Of a DNA stretch of 62,399 bases, positions 26,211-38,009 are shown one piece after another. The translations under genes were made by a program, and so were the position numbers. The notes under the pieces were generated by a model that had not been told where the DNA came from, did not search any database, and was given only the letters and a program-made list of their open reading frames with translations. Origin of the DNA: Thermomicrobiaceae bacterium (lineage in GTDB: Bacteria; Chloroflexota; Chloroflexia; Thermomicrobiales; Thermomicrobiaceae); the NCBI GenBank assembly GCA_035702805.1, contig DASSZN010000097.1:1-62399 (forward strand), read 5' to 3'. The number at the start of each line of letters is the position of its first letter. Within the stretch, counting starts at the first letter, position 1.

Positions 26211-26903
26211 TCAGTCCAACCGTAGCGGCGAGAAGTTCGTCGTGTAGTCGTAGACGTCGACACCCTCGCTCCGCTTGAGGTAGCCCACGACCGCGTAGGT
26301 CAGCGGTGTGGCAGCGACTTCGTAGGCCGACTTCAACAGCCACGCCGTCACCATCGTCTGGACGAGCTCGCCGGTCGTGACCGTCCCGACGAAGGCGATG
26401 GTGATGAAGATCAGGGAGTCCAGCCCCTCTCCGACCAGCGTCGACCCGATCGTGCGCGTCCAGAGCCACCGGCCCCGCGTCAGGATCTTCAGCTTGGCCA
26501 GGATGAAGGAGTTGGCGAACTCCCCGACGAGGTAGGCGGCGAACGACCCGACCAGGAGGCGCGGCGTATAGCCCAGGATTTGCTCGTAGGCGGCCTGGCC
26601 GTGCCAGAAACTCGCCGCCGGCAGGATCATCGTGACGTAGATCGCCAGCACCGCGATCAGGTTGCAGAGGAAGCCGAGCCAGATGACGAGCCGTGCCCGC
26701 CGGAAGCCGTAGACCTCCGTCAGGACGTCGCCGAACAGGTAGCTCAGCGGGAAGAGCGTCACCGTACCGGCCGGCACGACCAGGCCGCCCACGTCGACCA
26801 GTTTGACCGCGACGATGTTCGCCGTGATCAACGCGGTGACGAAGAGCGCGGCGATCAGTACGAACAGCGGGCTCAGTCGCTCGTCCCGCAGCCTCGCCCC
26901 CAC
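26211..26903 (-). CDS. yhhQ: queuosine-precursor transporter (YhhQ/DUF165 family)
   Basis: Track ORF extends to 27281 through the ftsH 3' end. GTG at 26903 has GGGGAGGA upstream. Multi-TM with YLFGDVLTEVYG and EGLDSLIF motifs. Confidence 0.7.
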   Translation of the reverse strand: MGARLRDERLSPLFVLIAALFVTALITANIVAVKLVDVGGLVVPAGTVTLFPLSYLFGDVLTEVYGFRRARLVIWLGFLCNLIAVLAIYVTMILPAASFWHGQAAYEQILGYTPRLLVGSFAAYLVGEFANSFILAKLKILTRGRWLWTRTIGSTLVGEGLDSLIFITIAFVGTVTTGELVQTMVTAWLLKSAYEVAATPLTYAVVGYLKRSEGVDVYDYTTNFSPLRLD

Positions 26904-26920
26904 CCGGTCCTCCCCGGACA

Positions 26921-26964
26921 GACGAACCCGGCGCGAGGGCACCGCGCCCCGCGCCGGGTTCGTC
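26921..26964 (-). terminator. strong hairpin between ftsH stop and yhhQ start
   Basis: Perfect 15-bp stem GACGAACCCGGCGCG / CGCGCCGGGTTCGTC with a 14-nt loop. No U-tract. Confidence 0.4.
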
Positions 26965-26971
26965 GACCTGC

Positions 26972-28942
<1,971 letters not shown>

Positions 28943-29054
28943 CTGCCGGATGTACCTTCCTCGAGAACGCAGGCCGCCTCGCCGAACGGGGTTCCGACTC
29001 CGCCGAGGCGTCACCGCCCGCGGGTTCGCACCAGCGATGCCAGCTGGTACCTCA

Positions 29055-29083
29055 ATTTTACCGGGACGACACGTCGCTGTCTT
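29055..29083 (-). promoter_or_regulatory. candidate ftsH promoter AAGACA-17-TAAAAT
   Basis: Read on the minus strand in an AT-richer patch upstream of ftsH. Confidence 0.35.
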
Positions 29084-29418
29084 CCTCTAGCGCGCGAACT
29101 TTCGCGGCCGTTAACCGCACGAGGCAGCCGCTGGTGGACGGCTGCCCCGCACGTGAGGAGGAGATGAGTCTGGTGTGCTAGTATCTGGCCCGGAGATCGT
29201 CAGATCGCCGAGACGCCCGTTGCTCACCCGCTCTCCGGATACCCCTATTGTCTCGCGTGACCGCCCGTTTGTCTACCCCTGGCGCGCACCAATCCGGCGG
29301 CGGCTCCGCCGGCCCGTCGTTGCAGCGCGGCGTGGCGTTTTCCTCGAGCAGCGGCGATCATTAGCCGAGCCGCCGGGGTTGGGCGGGCGGAGCGGGCGGA
29401 GCGCGGGAGGAGCCGGAT

Positions 29419-30555
29419 ATGGTGCTGGGGGAGGCGTTCTACCGGCGGGCGACCAAGGACGTGGCCGCGCGCCTGGACGAGCGTGGCAAGACGGCCATGC
29501 TCATCTTCGAACCCGCCAACGTGCGCTACGTCACCGGGGTCAGCTTCATGCCGGCCGGCCGGCCGCTCGCGGCCTGCATCTGGGCGGACGGCCGCGCCGC
29601 CCTCTTCGTGCCCCACCTCGACGCCGAGCAGGCCGGGACCGGCTGGGTGCGCGATATCCGCTGGTACGCCGAGTACCCCGCGCCCGAGTCGCCCGTCCGC
29701 TGGATGGCCCGCGAGGCGGGCGGCCCGCTCGTCGTTGACACGCTCGAGGCAGCCGCCTGGGCACAGCTCCGCGACGAGGTCGACGACACCGAGCTGGCGG
29801 ACCCGGTCGGCGAGCTCCGCCGGGTCAAGACCCCCGCGGAGCTCGATCTCATCGAGCGCGCGGCCGAGTACGCGGACCTCGCGCTCGAGCGCACCTTCGC
29901 CCGCCTGACGAGCGGCAGTGCCGAGCGGGAGGTGCTCGCCGAGATCGTGACGGTCGTCGACGGCATGATGCGCGCCGAGCTTGGCGACCTCTACGACGAC
30001 CAGGGCCCGGCCATCACCGGCTCGCTCCAGAGCGGCACGCGCGCCGCGCTGCCCGACGCCCCCGCGAGCGCGCGTCGGCTGACTCGCGGCGACAGCGTGA
30101 TCGCCGAGTTCGTCGCCAACGTGGGCGGGTACCACGCCTGGTCCGGCGCGACCTTCTTCGTCGGCGACCCGCTACGCGATGTCGTCCGCTGGGTCGAGGC
30201 GGCGATCGCGGCGCAGGACGCATCCCGCGCGGCGATGGCCCCGGGCACCCCGGCCGAGACCGTCGACCAGGCGGCGCGGAAGGTGCTGGACCGGCTCGGC
30301 ATGATCAGCAACGTGCGCCACCGGACCGGCCAGGGCATCGGCCTGGCGCGGCGGGAGGCTCCCTGGCTTACCCGCGGCGAGCAGACGCCACTCGCCGAGG
30401 GCATGGTGCTGGTAAACCGGCCCGGCCTCTACGTCCCGGGCCGCACCGGGACCCGGAACGCCGAGACGGTGGCCGTTGGGGCCGACGGACCGCGTGTCCT
30501 CAACCCGCGCCTCGAGCGCTGGTCCGACGTCGAGGCGCGGCTCAAGGAGTTCTAG
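29419..30555 (+). CDS. M24-family metallopeptidase (Xaa-Pro peptidase/creatinase-like)
   Basis: GGGAGGAG SD. Creatinase-like N-domain plus a pita-bread domain (ELDLIERAA..., HRTGQGIG). Confidence 0.75.
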   Translation: MVLGEAFYRRATKDVAARLDERGKTAMLIFEPANVRYVTGVSFMPAGRPLAACIWADGRAALFVPHLDAEQAGTGWVRDIRWYAEYPAPESPVRWMAREAGGPLVVDTLEAAAWAQLRDEVDDTELADPVGELRRVKTPAELDLIERAAEYADLALERTFARLTSGSAEREVLAEIVTVVDGMMRAELGDLYDDQGPAITGSLQSGTRAALPDAPASARRLTRGDSVIAEFVANVGGYHAWSGATFFVGDPLRDVVRWVEAAIAAQDASRAAMAPGTPAETVDQAARKVLDRLGMISNVRHRTGQGIGLARREAPWLTRGEQTPLAEGMVLVNRPGLYVPGRTGTRNAETVAVGADGPRVLNPRLERWSDVEARLKEF

Positions 30556-30688
30556 TGCCCCGGCCGCGTGGCCGCCTCCACGACGGGTGTGGTATGAACG
30601 TTGCCACCATTGGGAGCGTGCGTCGCCCGACGAACCGTGGCGGGTTCGGGGCGTCCCGCTCGAGGCGAGCCAGGCAGCGAGGGACACC

Positions 30689-32287
30689 GTGAGCACGAAC
30701 GGCAGCGACTATCGCTACTACATCACCACGTCGATCCCGTACGTCAACGCCGTTCCCCACATCGGGCATGCCCTGGAGTTCGTGCAGACCGACACGTTCG
30801 CGCGCTACCACCGGCTCGTCGGCAACGACACGCGCTTCCTCACCGGGACCGACGAGAACAGCCTGACGAACGTGCTGGCGGCCGAGCGCGAAGGCATGCC
30901 GGTCGCTGAGCTGGTCGAGCGCAATGCCGCCGCCTTCCTCCGGCTCACCGACCTCCTCGACGTCTCCAACGACGACTTCATCCGCACCGCCGCCGAGGAG
31001 CGCCACCTGGCCGGCTGCCGCAAGCTCTGGGAGGCGTGCGACCGCAACGGTGACATCTATCGCCGCCACTACCGCGGCCTCTACTGTGTCCGCTGCGAGC
31101 AGTTCTACACCGAGGAGGAGCTCGACGACGGGCTCTGCCCCGAGCATCACATCCCGGTGGAGGTCGTCGAGGAAGAGAACTACTTCTTCCGCCTGTCGCG
31201 CTACGGTGATCGGCTGGCACAGCTGATCGACTCGGGCGCCCTGCGCATCATCCCGGAGACCCGTCGCAACGAGGTGCGCTCCTTCATCGCGCGCGGGCTG
31301 GAGGACTTCAGCATCTCCCGCTCGCGCTCGCGGGCCCGCGGCTGGGGCATCCCGGTGCCCGGTGACCCCGACCAGGTCATGTACGTCTGGTTCGACGCGC
31401 TGGCCAACTACATCACCGCGCCGGGCTACGCGACGGACGCCGACCTCTACCGTCGCTTCTGGCTGGAGAACCCGCGCCGCGTCCACGTCATCGGCAAGGG
31501 AATCCTGCGCTTCCACGCCGTGTACTGGCCGGCCATGCTGCTATCGGCGGGCCTGCCGTTGCCCACCACCGTCTTCGTCCACGGCTACCTCACGATCGCC
31601 GGGGAGAAGATGAGCAAATCCCTCGGCAACGTCGTCGACCCGGCCGAGCTCGTCGCGCGCTACGGCACCGAGCCGGTACGCTACTGGCTGCTGCGGGAGG
31701 TGCCCCCGACCGGTGACGCCGACTACACCGACGAGAAGCTCGAGCGCCGCTACAATGCGGATCTGGCCAACGACCTGGGGAACCTGCTCAATCGCACGGT
31801 GACCATGATCCGCCGCTACCGGGACGGCGCGGTCCCCGCACCCGCCGCGCCCGACGCCGTCGACCAGGACCTCGAGCTCGTCGCGTCCAGCCTCGCCGGG
31901 CGCCTCGCGGCCGCCGTGGGGCAGGACTACGACCCCCAGTCGGCGCTCGCGGCCGTCTGGGAGCTCGTCGTGCGCGCCAACCGCTACGTCGAGGAGACCG
32001 CGCCGTGGGCGCTCGCCCGCGGGGAGCGGTCCGGCGACCACGCAGCCGCGGGTCGGCTCGACGGTGCGCTCTACCACCTCGCCGAGTCCTTGCGCCTGAT
32101 CGCGCAGGCGCTTCGCCCGTTTCTGCCCGGCACCGCCGACCGCATAGCCGCCCAGCTCGGCGTCGTCCTGGTGGAGACGCCATGGACCGAGGCACTCGGC
32201 TGGGGTGTGCTGGCGCCGGGTACGCAGGTTGGTGAGCCGCAGCCCATCTTTCCCAAGCTCGACGTGCCGACGCCGCACTCCGCCTGA
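30689..32287 (+). CDS. metG: methionyl-tRNA synthetase
   Basis: GTG at 30689 with GAGGGA 4 nt upstream. Motifs YVNAVPHIGHA (HIGH), KMSKS, and the anticodon-binding domain. Confidence 0.9.
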   Translation: MSTNGSDYRYYITTSIPYVNAVPHIGHALEFVQTDTFARYHRLVGNDTRFLTGTDENSLTNVLAAEREGMPVAELVERNAAAFLRLTDLLDVSNDDFIRTAAEERHLAGCRKLWEACDRNGDIYRRHYRGLYCVRCEQFYTEEELDDGLCPEHHIPVEVVEEENYFFRLSRYGDRLAQLIDSGALRIIPETRRNEVRSFIARGLEDFSISRSRSRARGWGIPVPGDPDQVMYVWFDALANYITAPGYATDADLYRRFWLENPRRVHVIGKGILRFHAVYWPAMLLSAGLPLPTTVFVHGYLTIAGEKMSKSLGNVVDPAELVARYGTEPVRYWLLREVPPTGDADYTDEKLERRYNADLANDLGNLLNRTVTMIRRYRDGAVPAPAAPDAVDQDLELVASSLAGRLAAAVGQDYDPQSALAAVWELVVRANRYVEETAPWALARGERSGDHAAAGRLDGALYHLAESLRLIAQALRPFLPGTADRIAAQLGVVLVETPWTEALGWGVLAPGTQVGEPQPIFPKLDVPTPHSA

Positions 32288-32290
32288 CCC

Positions 32291-33340
32291 GTGGGACCGG
32301 CGAGCGACGGCGCCGCGCCTGCCCAGGACCCGAGCTCGAGCGACGCTCCACGCACGGTTGTCGTCCGGTGGCGTGACGACGGGGCCATCGGCGCGGCGCT
32401 CGCCGCCACGGATCCCGGCCTAACGGATGTGCTGCTCCGCGACCTGCCCGAGGGGTCGTTGGACGAGGCGAACCCCGCGTCCGAGTGCGAGACGGTCGTC
32501 GCCGGGCGCCGCTACCTCGCACTCCTACCGGACGCCACGCTCGTCCATGCGCGTCTGCTCGTGCTGCTTGACCCGACGCTGCCTGAGCGACTCCGGGCCG
32601 AACGACTCCTCGCCGGCCGGCAGGCGACGCGCCTGCTCGTGCTGCCGACCCTCGACACCATGGTCGCGGCCGAGCACACCCTGCTCCTCCTGCTGGCGAC
32701 GGTCCGCGGCCTGTTACCGGCCTACTCGGAGCTCGTCACGGGGACGCGGCTGCCCGGCGTCTCCTCCCGGCTGACCGACCGGGAGGTATCGGCACGCAAC
32801 TGGGTCGGGATGGTCGAGCCGGGTTGGCTCTGGGGGAAAACGCTCGGCATCCTCGGGCTCGGTCGCGTCGGGCACGCCGTCGCGACGCGCGCCGCGGCCT
32901 TTGGCATGCAGGTGCGCTACCACGATCTGCTCCCTCGCCCGGACCTCGAACTCCGCCACGGCTTTGCCTGGGGACGCCTCGATCAGGTCCTGCGCGAGGC
33001 CGACGTCGTATCGCTCCACCTGCCGCTCACCCCGGACACCATCCGGATCATCGACGCACCCGAGCTCGCGCTGATGCGCCCCGACGCGGTCCTCGTCAAC
33101 ACGGCCCACGGCCGGCTGATCGACGAGGGCTCGCTGATTCAGGCGCTGCGACTGGGAGAGATTGGCGGCGCCGGGCTGGACGTCTTCGCCTACGAGCCGA
33201 TCGCGGCGGACAGTCCGCTCCACGGGTTCGACAACGTGGTGTTGACGCCACACGTCGGCGGCGTCCCGCCCGATGTCGGGCGCGCGAACCTGGCGGACCG
33301 CCTGCGTGCGGTGCTGCTACGCCACGGAAAGGCAGCCTAG
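32291..33340 (+). CDS. D-isomer-specific 2-hydroxyacid dehydrogenase family protein
   Basis: NAD-binding GILGLGRVGHAV, and the catalytic region NTAHGRLID...TPHVGG. The N-terminal domain is divergent. Confidence 0.7.
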   Translation: MGPASDGAAPAQDPSSSDAPRTVVVRWRDDGAIGAALAATDPGLTDVLLRDLPEGSLDEANPASECETVVAGRRYLALLPDATLVHARLLVLLDPTLPERLRAERLLAGRQATRLLVLPTLDTMVAAEHTLLLLLATVRGLLPAYSELVTGTRLPGVSSRLTDREVSARNWVGMVEPGWLWGKTLGILGLGRVGHAVATRAAAFGMQVRYHDLLPRPDLELRHGFAWGRLDQVLREADVVSLHLPLTPDTIRIIDAPELALMRPDAVLVNTAHGRLIDEGSLIQALRLGEIGGAGLDVFAYEPIAADSPLHGFDNVVLTPHVGGVPPDVGRANLADRLRAVLLRHGKAA

Positions 33341-33732
33341 CGGATGAGCATGCGGCTGAGGGCGCCCAGGTCGTAGTAGTTCGCTTGCTCGACGATCAGC
33401 CCGTCGCGGACGACGTAGAACGCCGCGGCGGGCTGGCTCAGGCGCACGCCCCCCTCGGTGGCCACGATGGTCAGCTCCACGGCGACGCGCTCGCCGGCCG
33501 ACACGACCGAGCGGACGGCCGTCCAGAGGTCGGGCCAGCGCGCCTCGCTGTGCTCGAGCACCAGGCGCAGCGTCTCCTTTCCGCGAACCTCCTGCCCGGC
33601 AAGCTCGCGACCCGGCGCCCAGAGAACGATCGCGTCGGCACAGTAGGCGAGGGCATCCTCGACGTCGCCGCGGTTGAGCGCCGCGATGGACGCGGCCACC
33701 ACCTCGGCGGGAGCCGTCGGCCGCTCCTCCAT
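33337..33732 (-). CDS. SnoaL-like / NTF2-fold protein
   Basis: ATG at 33732 with GAGAGGGG upstream. About 130 aa with the typical NTF2-like pattern (VVAASIAALNRGDVE..., FYVVRDGLIVE). Confidence 0.55.
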   Translation of the reverse strand: MEERPTAPAEVVAASIAALNRGDVEDALAYCADAIVLWAPGRELAGQEVRGKETLRLVLEHSEARWPDLWTAVRSVVSAGERVAVELTIVATEGGVRLSQPAAAFYVVRDGLIVEQANYYDLGALSRMLIR

Positions 33733-33844
33733 GCTGCGCACCCCTCTCGCGGGAGTCAACGATGCCCGCTGGCACCGTCGATGGTAGCACGCGGCGAGGG
33801 GGTCGGTGACCCGCCGTCATGGTACGATCCGCTCGGGGTGACGG

Positions 33845-35008
33845 ATGGGAGTACAGATGCAGCCGGAGAGCGGCGCGGCCGCGATCTACCTCGACTACAA
33901 CGCCACCACGCCGGTGCTTCCCGAGATCGAGGAGGCGCTGCGGCCGTATATCGGCGGGCGATTCGGCAATCCCTCCAGCGATCACGAATTCGGCCGCGAC
34001 GCCGCCGCAGGAGTGGCGCTGGGGCGGCGGCAGGTGGCCGACCTGCTCGGCGCGTCGCCTGACGAGATCGTCTTTACCAGTGGCGGCAGCGAGGCCGACA
34101 ACTGGGCGCTGGTGGGGCGTGTCTGGGCCTCCGGCGTCCCGACGCCGCACCTGGTGACCAGCCAGGTCGAGCATCCCGCCATCCTGGCAACGTGCCACTT
34201 TCTCGAGCGGCTCGGCGCGGAGATCACCTACCTGCCCGTGGACACGACCGGGCGCGTCGATCCCGACGACGTCGCCCGCGCGCTGCGCTCCACCACCGTC
34301 CTCGTCTCCATCATGCACGCCAACAATGAGGTCGGGACCATTCAGCCGATCCCGGAGATCGCCGCCGTGTGCCGCCGGGCCGGCATACCGCTGCACAGCG
34401 ACGCGGCGCAGAGCGTCGGGAAGATCCCGGCGCGCGTCGACGACCTGGGCGTCGACCTGCTGACCGTGGCCGGCCACAAGCTCTACGCCCCCAAGGGCGT
34501 CGGCGCGCTCTACGTCCGGCGCGGCACCGCGCTCGAGCCGCTGATCCACGGGGCGGGCCACGAGGGCGGCCGCCGCGCCGGCACCGAGAACGTCGCCTGG
34601 ATCGTCGGGCTGGGCGCCGCCGCTGAACTGGCGCGCCGGACCATGTCGAGCGAGCGGGCGCGCCAGCGGGCGCTGCGGGAGCGGCTGCATCGCGCGCTCG
34701 ACGAGCAGTCTGGCCCGGTCACCCTCAACGGCCACCCGGACGAGCGGCTGCCCAACACGTTGAACCTCCGCTTCTCCGGCGTCGACGGCAACGCGGTCCT
34801 CGCCGCGACCCCGACCGTCGCCGCCAGCACCGGCTCCGCCTGCCACGCCGGGCAATCGGAGCCCTCACCGGTCCTGCTCGCGATGGGGATCCAGCCGGAC
34901 GAGGCGATCGGCGCCGTCCGCCTCAGCCTCGGCCGCCTGACGACCGCCGAGGACATCGAGCGCGCCGCCGAGGCGCTGGGCGCCACCGTACGAGCGCAGC
35001 GAGGCTGA
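33845..35008 (+). CDS. cysteine desulfurase (class-V aminotransferase, NifS/IscS-like)
   Basis: Motifs IYLDYNATTP, SGGSEADN, HKLYAPKGVGALYVR (PLP Lys), SACHAG (active Cys). Confidence 0.85.
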   Translation: MGVQMQPESGAAAIYLDYNATTPVLPEIEEALRPYIGGRFGNPSSDHEFGRDAAAGVALGRRQVADLLGASPDEIVFTSGGSEADNWALVGRVWASGVPTPHLVTSQVEHPAILATCHFLERLGAEITYLPVDTTGRVDPDDVARALRSTTVLVSIMHANNEVGTIQPIPEIAAVCRRAGIPLHSDAAQSVGKIPARVDDLGVDLLTVAGHKLYAPKGVGALYVRRGTALEPLIHGAGHEGGRRAGTENVAWIVGLGAAAELARRTMSSERARQRALRERLHRALDEQSGPVTLNGHPDERLPNTLNLRFSGVDGNAVLAATPTVAASTGSACHAGQSEPSPVLLAMGIQPDEAIGAVRLSLGRLTTAEDIERAAEALGATVRAQRG

Positions 35009-35017
35009 GGCGAGGCC

Positions 35018-35575
35018 ATGCCGCTGCACATCGTGAGCTTCGATCTCCTGCGCAAGGGACGCGCGCCCGGACCGTGGCGGGAACTGGCCGCGGGCTACGA
35101 CGTGTCGGCGGTCTGGCTCGTCGACGACTGGCAACTCCCCTCCAGCTACCATCATCCGGCGGGTCACGCCATCTACGTCAACACCCGCGGTGCCGCGTGG
35201 TATCGGGACGCGCTCGAGCGCGGCGTTCGGCGCTACACCGAGGCCGTGACCCTGTGGTTCCTCCACGAGCTCGGGCACGCCGCGCGGGGTCACCGCGGCG
35301 TCGATCCGCGCTCGCTGCGCCTGGGCGACGACGACCCGCGCGAGGTCCAGGCCTGGCACTTCGCGCTGGCGTTCCGTGCGTCGCGGCCGGCGGAGTGCTG
35401 CGCCCTCGAGGAGGCCTACGCGAGCTGGTACCGCGGTTACCGGCACCGCCGCAAGAACTGGCCGGACGACCTGGACGAGGCGGTCGCGCACGGCTGGCCC
35501 CAGCACCCCTACCGGGCCTGGCCGGCGTTGCCCGATCTCGCCGGGCACAACCCGACGCTCACGACCGGCAGCTGA
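35018..35575 (+). CDS. hypothetical HExxH protein (possible M78/ImmA-like metallopeptidase fold)
   Basis: Starts 9 nt after the desulfurase stop. Motif FLHELGHAARGH. No other family signature recognised. Confidence 0.45.
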   Translation: MPLHIVSFDLLRKGRAPGPWRELAAGYDVSAVWLVDDWQLPSSYHHPAGHAIYVNTRGAAWYRDALERGVRRYTEAVTLWFLHELGHAARGHRGVDPRSLRLGDDDPREVQAWHFALAFRASRPAECCALEEAYASWYRGYRHRRKNWPDDLDEAVAHGWPQHPYRAWPALPDLAGHNPTLTTGS

Positions 35576-35609
35576 CCGCGCGGAACTGTGCGTGGCTCAC
35601 GGTGCCGGG

Positions 35610-36353
35610 TCACTGGCGCGACACGTCGAGGGTCATCTGCCCCTGCTGCAGGCTCACCGCGGTCACGCTCACCCCCGACGCGTTCAGCGACGCCGCTATC
35701 TGGTCGTTGAGCGCGGACTCGATCGGGCCCGGCGACACTACCCAGCCGAGCGGTCCGTCGATCCGCCCATCGGTCAGCACCGCCTTGCCGTTTTGCGCCA
35801 CCACCTGCCCGTGGTAAGTCCCGCTCACACCGTAGGCGCTCATGTCCACCGCGACCTCGGCCGGGGTGATGCTGACCGACGCGCTGTCCAGCGGGCGAAT
35901 CTGACTCTGGTGCGCGGCGATCCCGGCGTTGAGTTCGTCCTGAGTGATCACGACCTGCGTCGCGCCGGCCGGAGCGGTCGCGACCGCCCCCGAGGCCCCG
36001 ACGGTAGCTGCCGGGGTGGGTTGACCGGCAATCGACCCGGTCACGGCTGCCGGGAGGCGGATGTGCGCGGCGATGGCGCGGCCAATGTAGGGCCGGACGA
36101 CGGCGTTTGAGACGACGGTGAGCACTCCCAGCACGATGATCACCGACAGGACCGTGATGCCCAGGCACCCGAGCACCCGGCGGCCGACCCCCGGTCCACG
36201 CTCCCACTCCCGATGGCGCGCCGCACCCGCGGGCGCGCCCGAGCGAGCCGACGGACGACCGGTCGTAACCTCTTCACGGGTGAAGGGAAAGCCACAGTTG
36301 GCGCAGCGCCGACTCCCGAGCGGCTGGCGCTCCCCACAGCGGGGGCAGTACAT
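35610..36353 (-). CDS. zinc-ribbon membrane-anchored protein
   Basis: ATG at 36353 with GAGAGGA upstream. N-terminal CPRCG...CANCG, one TM, and an Ala/Thr-rich ectodomain. Confidence 0.55.
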   Translation of the reverse strand: MYCPRCGERQPLGSRRCANCGFPFTREEVTTGRPSARSGAPAGAARHREWERGPGVGRRVLGCLGITVLSVIIVLGVLTVVSNAVVRPYIGRAIAAHIRLPAAVTGSIAGQPTPAATVGASGAVATAPAGATQVVITQDELNAGIAAHQSQIRPLDSASVSITPAEVAVDMSAYGVSGTYHGQVVAQNGKAVLTDGRIDGPLGWVVSPGPIESALNDQIAASLNASGVSVTAVSLQQGQMTLDVSRQ

Positions 36354-36455
36354 CGACGGGTCCTCTCGAGCCGTCCGGCCGGGTAACAAGCGGTCGACGG
36401 AGCCTGGCCGGCGGCTGAATTGTACCCGCTGGCTCGCCGCCGACGACGCGACCGG

Positions 36456-38009
36456 CTACGGCGCCGGCTCCGCGTCCGGCTCGGCGCCCTGATCGAGAGC
36501 CTCGAGCCCGCGGTTGATCTCTTCCACCAGGTCGTGCAGCACGTCGTCCGAGATGCGGTTGCGGTGCCAGAGATCCAGCAGCGCGGCCTGCTCGGCGAGC
36601 AGCGCCTGTCGCCGCGCCTCTCGCAACTCCTCGGCCTCGAGAAAGTCGTGCTGCAGGTGCATCGTCGCGAGGGCCAACTGCTCGTGGCTCACCGCGCGCT
36701 CGTAGTCGGCGCGCACCCGCTCGGCGACGCCGACCGGCAGCAGCCCTTCCTGCCGCGCCCGCTGGATCGCCCGCAACGCCTCACGGTAGCCGCGCAGCCG
36801 CGCCAGATGCCGCTGGTACTGGCTCTCGAGCGAGAGCGACCGGCGCAGCCCCTGCCAGGTCAGCAGCGGGCGGACCGTCAGGCCCTCCACCACCAGCGAG
36901 AAGACCACCACGCCGAACGCCATCACCTGGATCCAGTCGCGGTTGGGCAGCGAGAGCGGCAGGCTGAGTGCGAGCGCCACCGCCACGGCGCCACGCACCC
37001 CTCCCCACCACACGACCGGCAGCCAGCGCCACGGCAGGTGCCGGCGCCACGGCCGCAGCGCGAGGTTCGCGAGCGCGACGACCGCCAACCTCACCAGCAG
37101 CGTGAAGCCGATTACCACCGCGATGTCGCCGATTCGGTGCATCAGATCGGGGACCGACACCACCATGCCGACCAGGAGGAACACCAGTGCGTTGCCCAGA
37201 AAGGCCACGTACTCCCAGAAAGACTCCAGCGCCACGCGCGTGGTCGTCGACATCGAGCGCGATCGGAGGTTGCCAACCAGCAGGCTGGCCGCCACCACGG
37301 CGATCACGCCGCTCAGCCCCGCCGCGTCGGCCATGAGGTAGGTGCCGTAGGCCACCACGGTCGTCACGGTGATCTCGACCGGGTGGTCGTCGATCTGCTG
37401 CAGCACCCAGGTCGCCGCGAGCCCCACGAGCAGGCCAAGCAGCGCGCCGCCGACGGCCACCCGGAAGAACACGACGACGCCGGCGCCGACGCTGCTCCTC
37501 CCGCCCAGCGCGCTCGCCAGCACAATCTCGAACAGGACGATCGCGGTGCCGTCGTTGAGCAGGCTCTCTCCCTCGACCACCGTCGCCAGCCGGCCCGGCG
37601 CGCGCACGTCGCGGAAGATCGCCAGTACCGAGACCGGGTCGGTCGCGGCGAGCAGGGCGCCCAGCACCAGGACCGAGGCGAGCGGCATGCCGAGCGACCA
37701 GTGGAGGGCGTGGGCCATCGCCCAGGTGCTGGCGACCACGCCGGGCACCGCCAGGACCAGGATGATCGGCAGCGTTCGCCGCAGTGACGGCAGCCCGAGG
37801 TTGAAGCTGGCCTCGAAGAGGAGCGGCGGCAGGAATACGAGCAGGATGAGGTGCGGTGTGACCACGATGCGGGGCACGATCGGCACGGCGCCGATCACCA
37901 GCCCGATGACGACCAGCGCGATCGTGTAGGGCACATGGACCCGGCGCGCCAGGATCACGCCGCCCACGACCACGACGAGGGCGGCGATGATCGTCCCCTC
38001 GTAGCTCAC
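36456..38009 (-). CDS. Na+/H+ antiporter, CPA1 (NhaP-type) with C-terminal cytoplasmic helical domain
   Basis: GTG at 38009 with AGGAGGAGGG 6 nt upstream (track start 38570 rejected). Motifs ATDPVSV, ESLLNDG. Confidence 0.8.
   Translation of the reverse strand: MSYEGTIIAALVVVVGGVILARRVHVPYTIALVVIGLVIGAVPIVPRIVVTPHLILLVFLPPLLFEASFNLGLPSLRRTLPIILVLAVPGVVASTWAMAHALHWSLGMPLASVLVLGALLAATDPVSVLAIFRDVRAPGRLATVVEGESLLNDGTAIVLFEIVLASALGGRSSVGAGVVVFFRVAVGGALLGLLVGLAATWVLQQIDDHPVEITVTTVVAYGTYLMADAAGLSGVIAVVAASLLVGNLRSRSMSTTTRVALESFWEYVAFLGNALVFLLVGMVVSVPDLMHRIGDIAVVIGFTLLVRLAVVALANLALRPWRRHLPWRWLPVVWWGGVRGAVAVALALSLPLSLPNRDWIQVMAFGVVVFSLVVEGLTVRPLLTWQGLRRSLSLESQYQRHLARLRGYREALRAIQRARQEGLLPVGVAERVRADYERAVSHEQLALATMHLQHDFLEAEELREARRQALLAEQAALLDLWHRNRISDDVLHDLVEEINRGLEALDQGAEPDAEPAP

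Noticed and set aside
26904-26971. preQ1 riboswitch upstream of yhhQ.
   Set aside because: There is no A-rich 3' tail and no small P1 hairpin typical of preQ1-I. The sequence is one long GC stem, better explained as a terminator or attenuator.
29153-29181. A five-codon ORF (MSLVC) behind a perfect GAGGAGGAG, following an 8-bp hairpin in the ftsH / M24 intergenic region.
   Set aside because: The SD abuts the ATG with too short a spacer, the ORF is trivially short, and the purine run may simply be part of the divergent promoter region. Noted only as a possible leader peptide.
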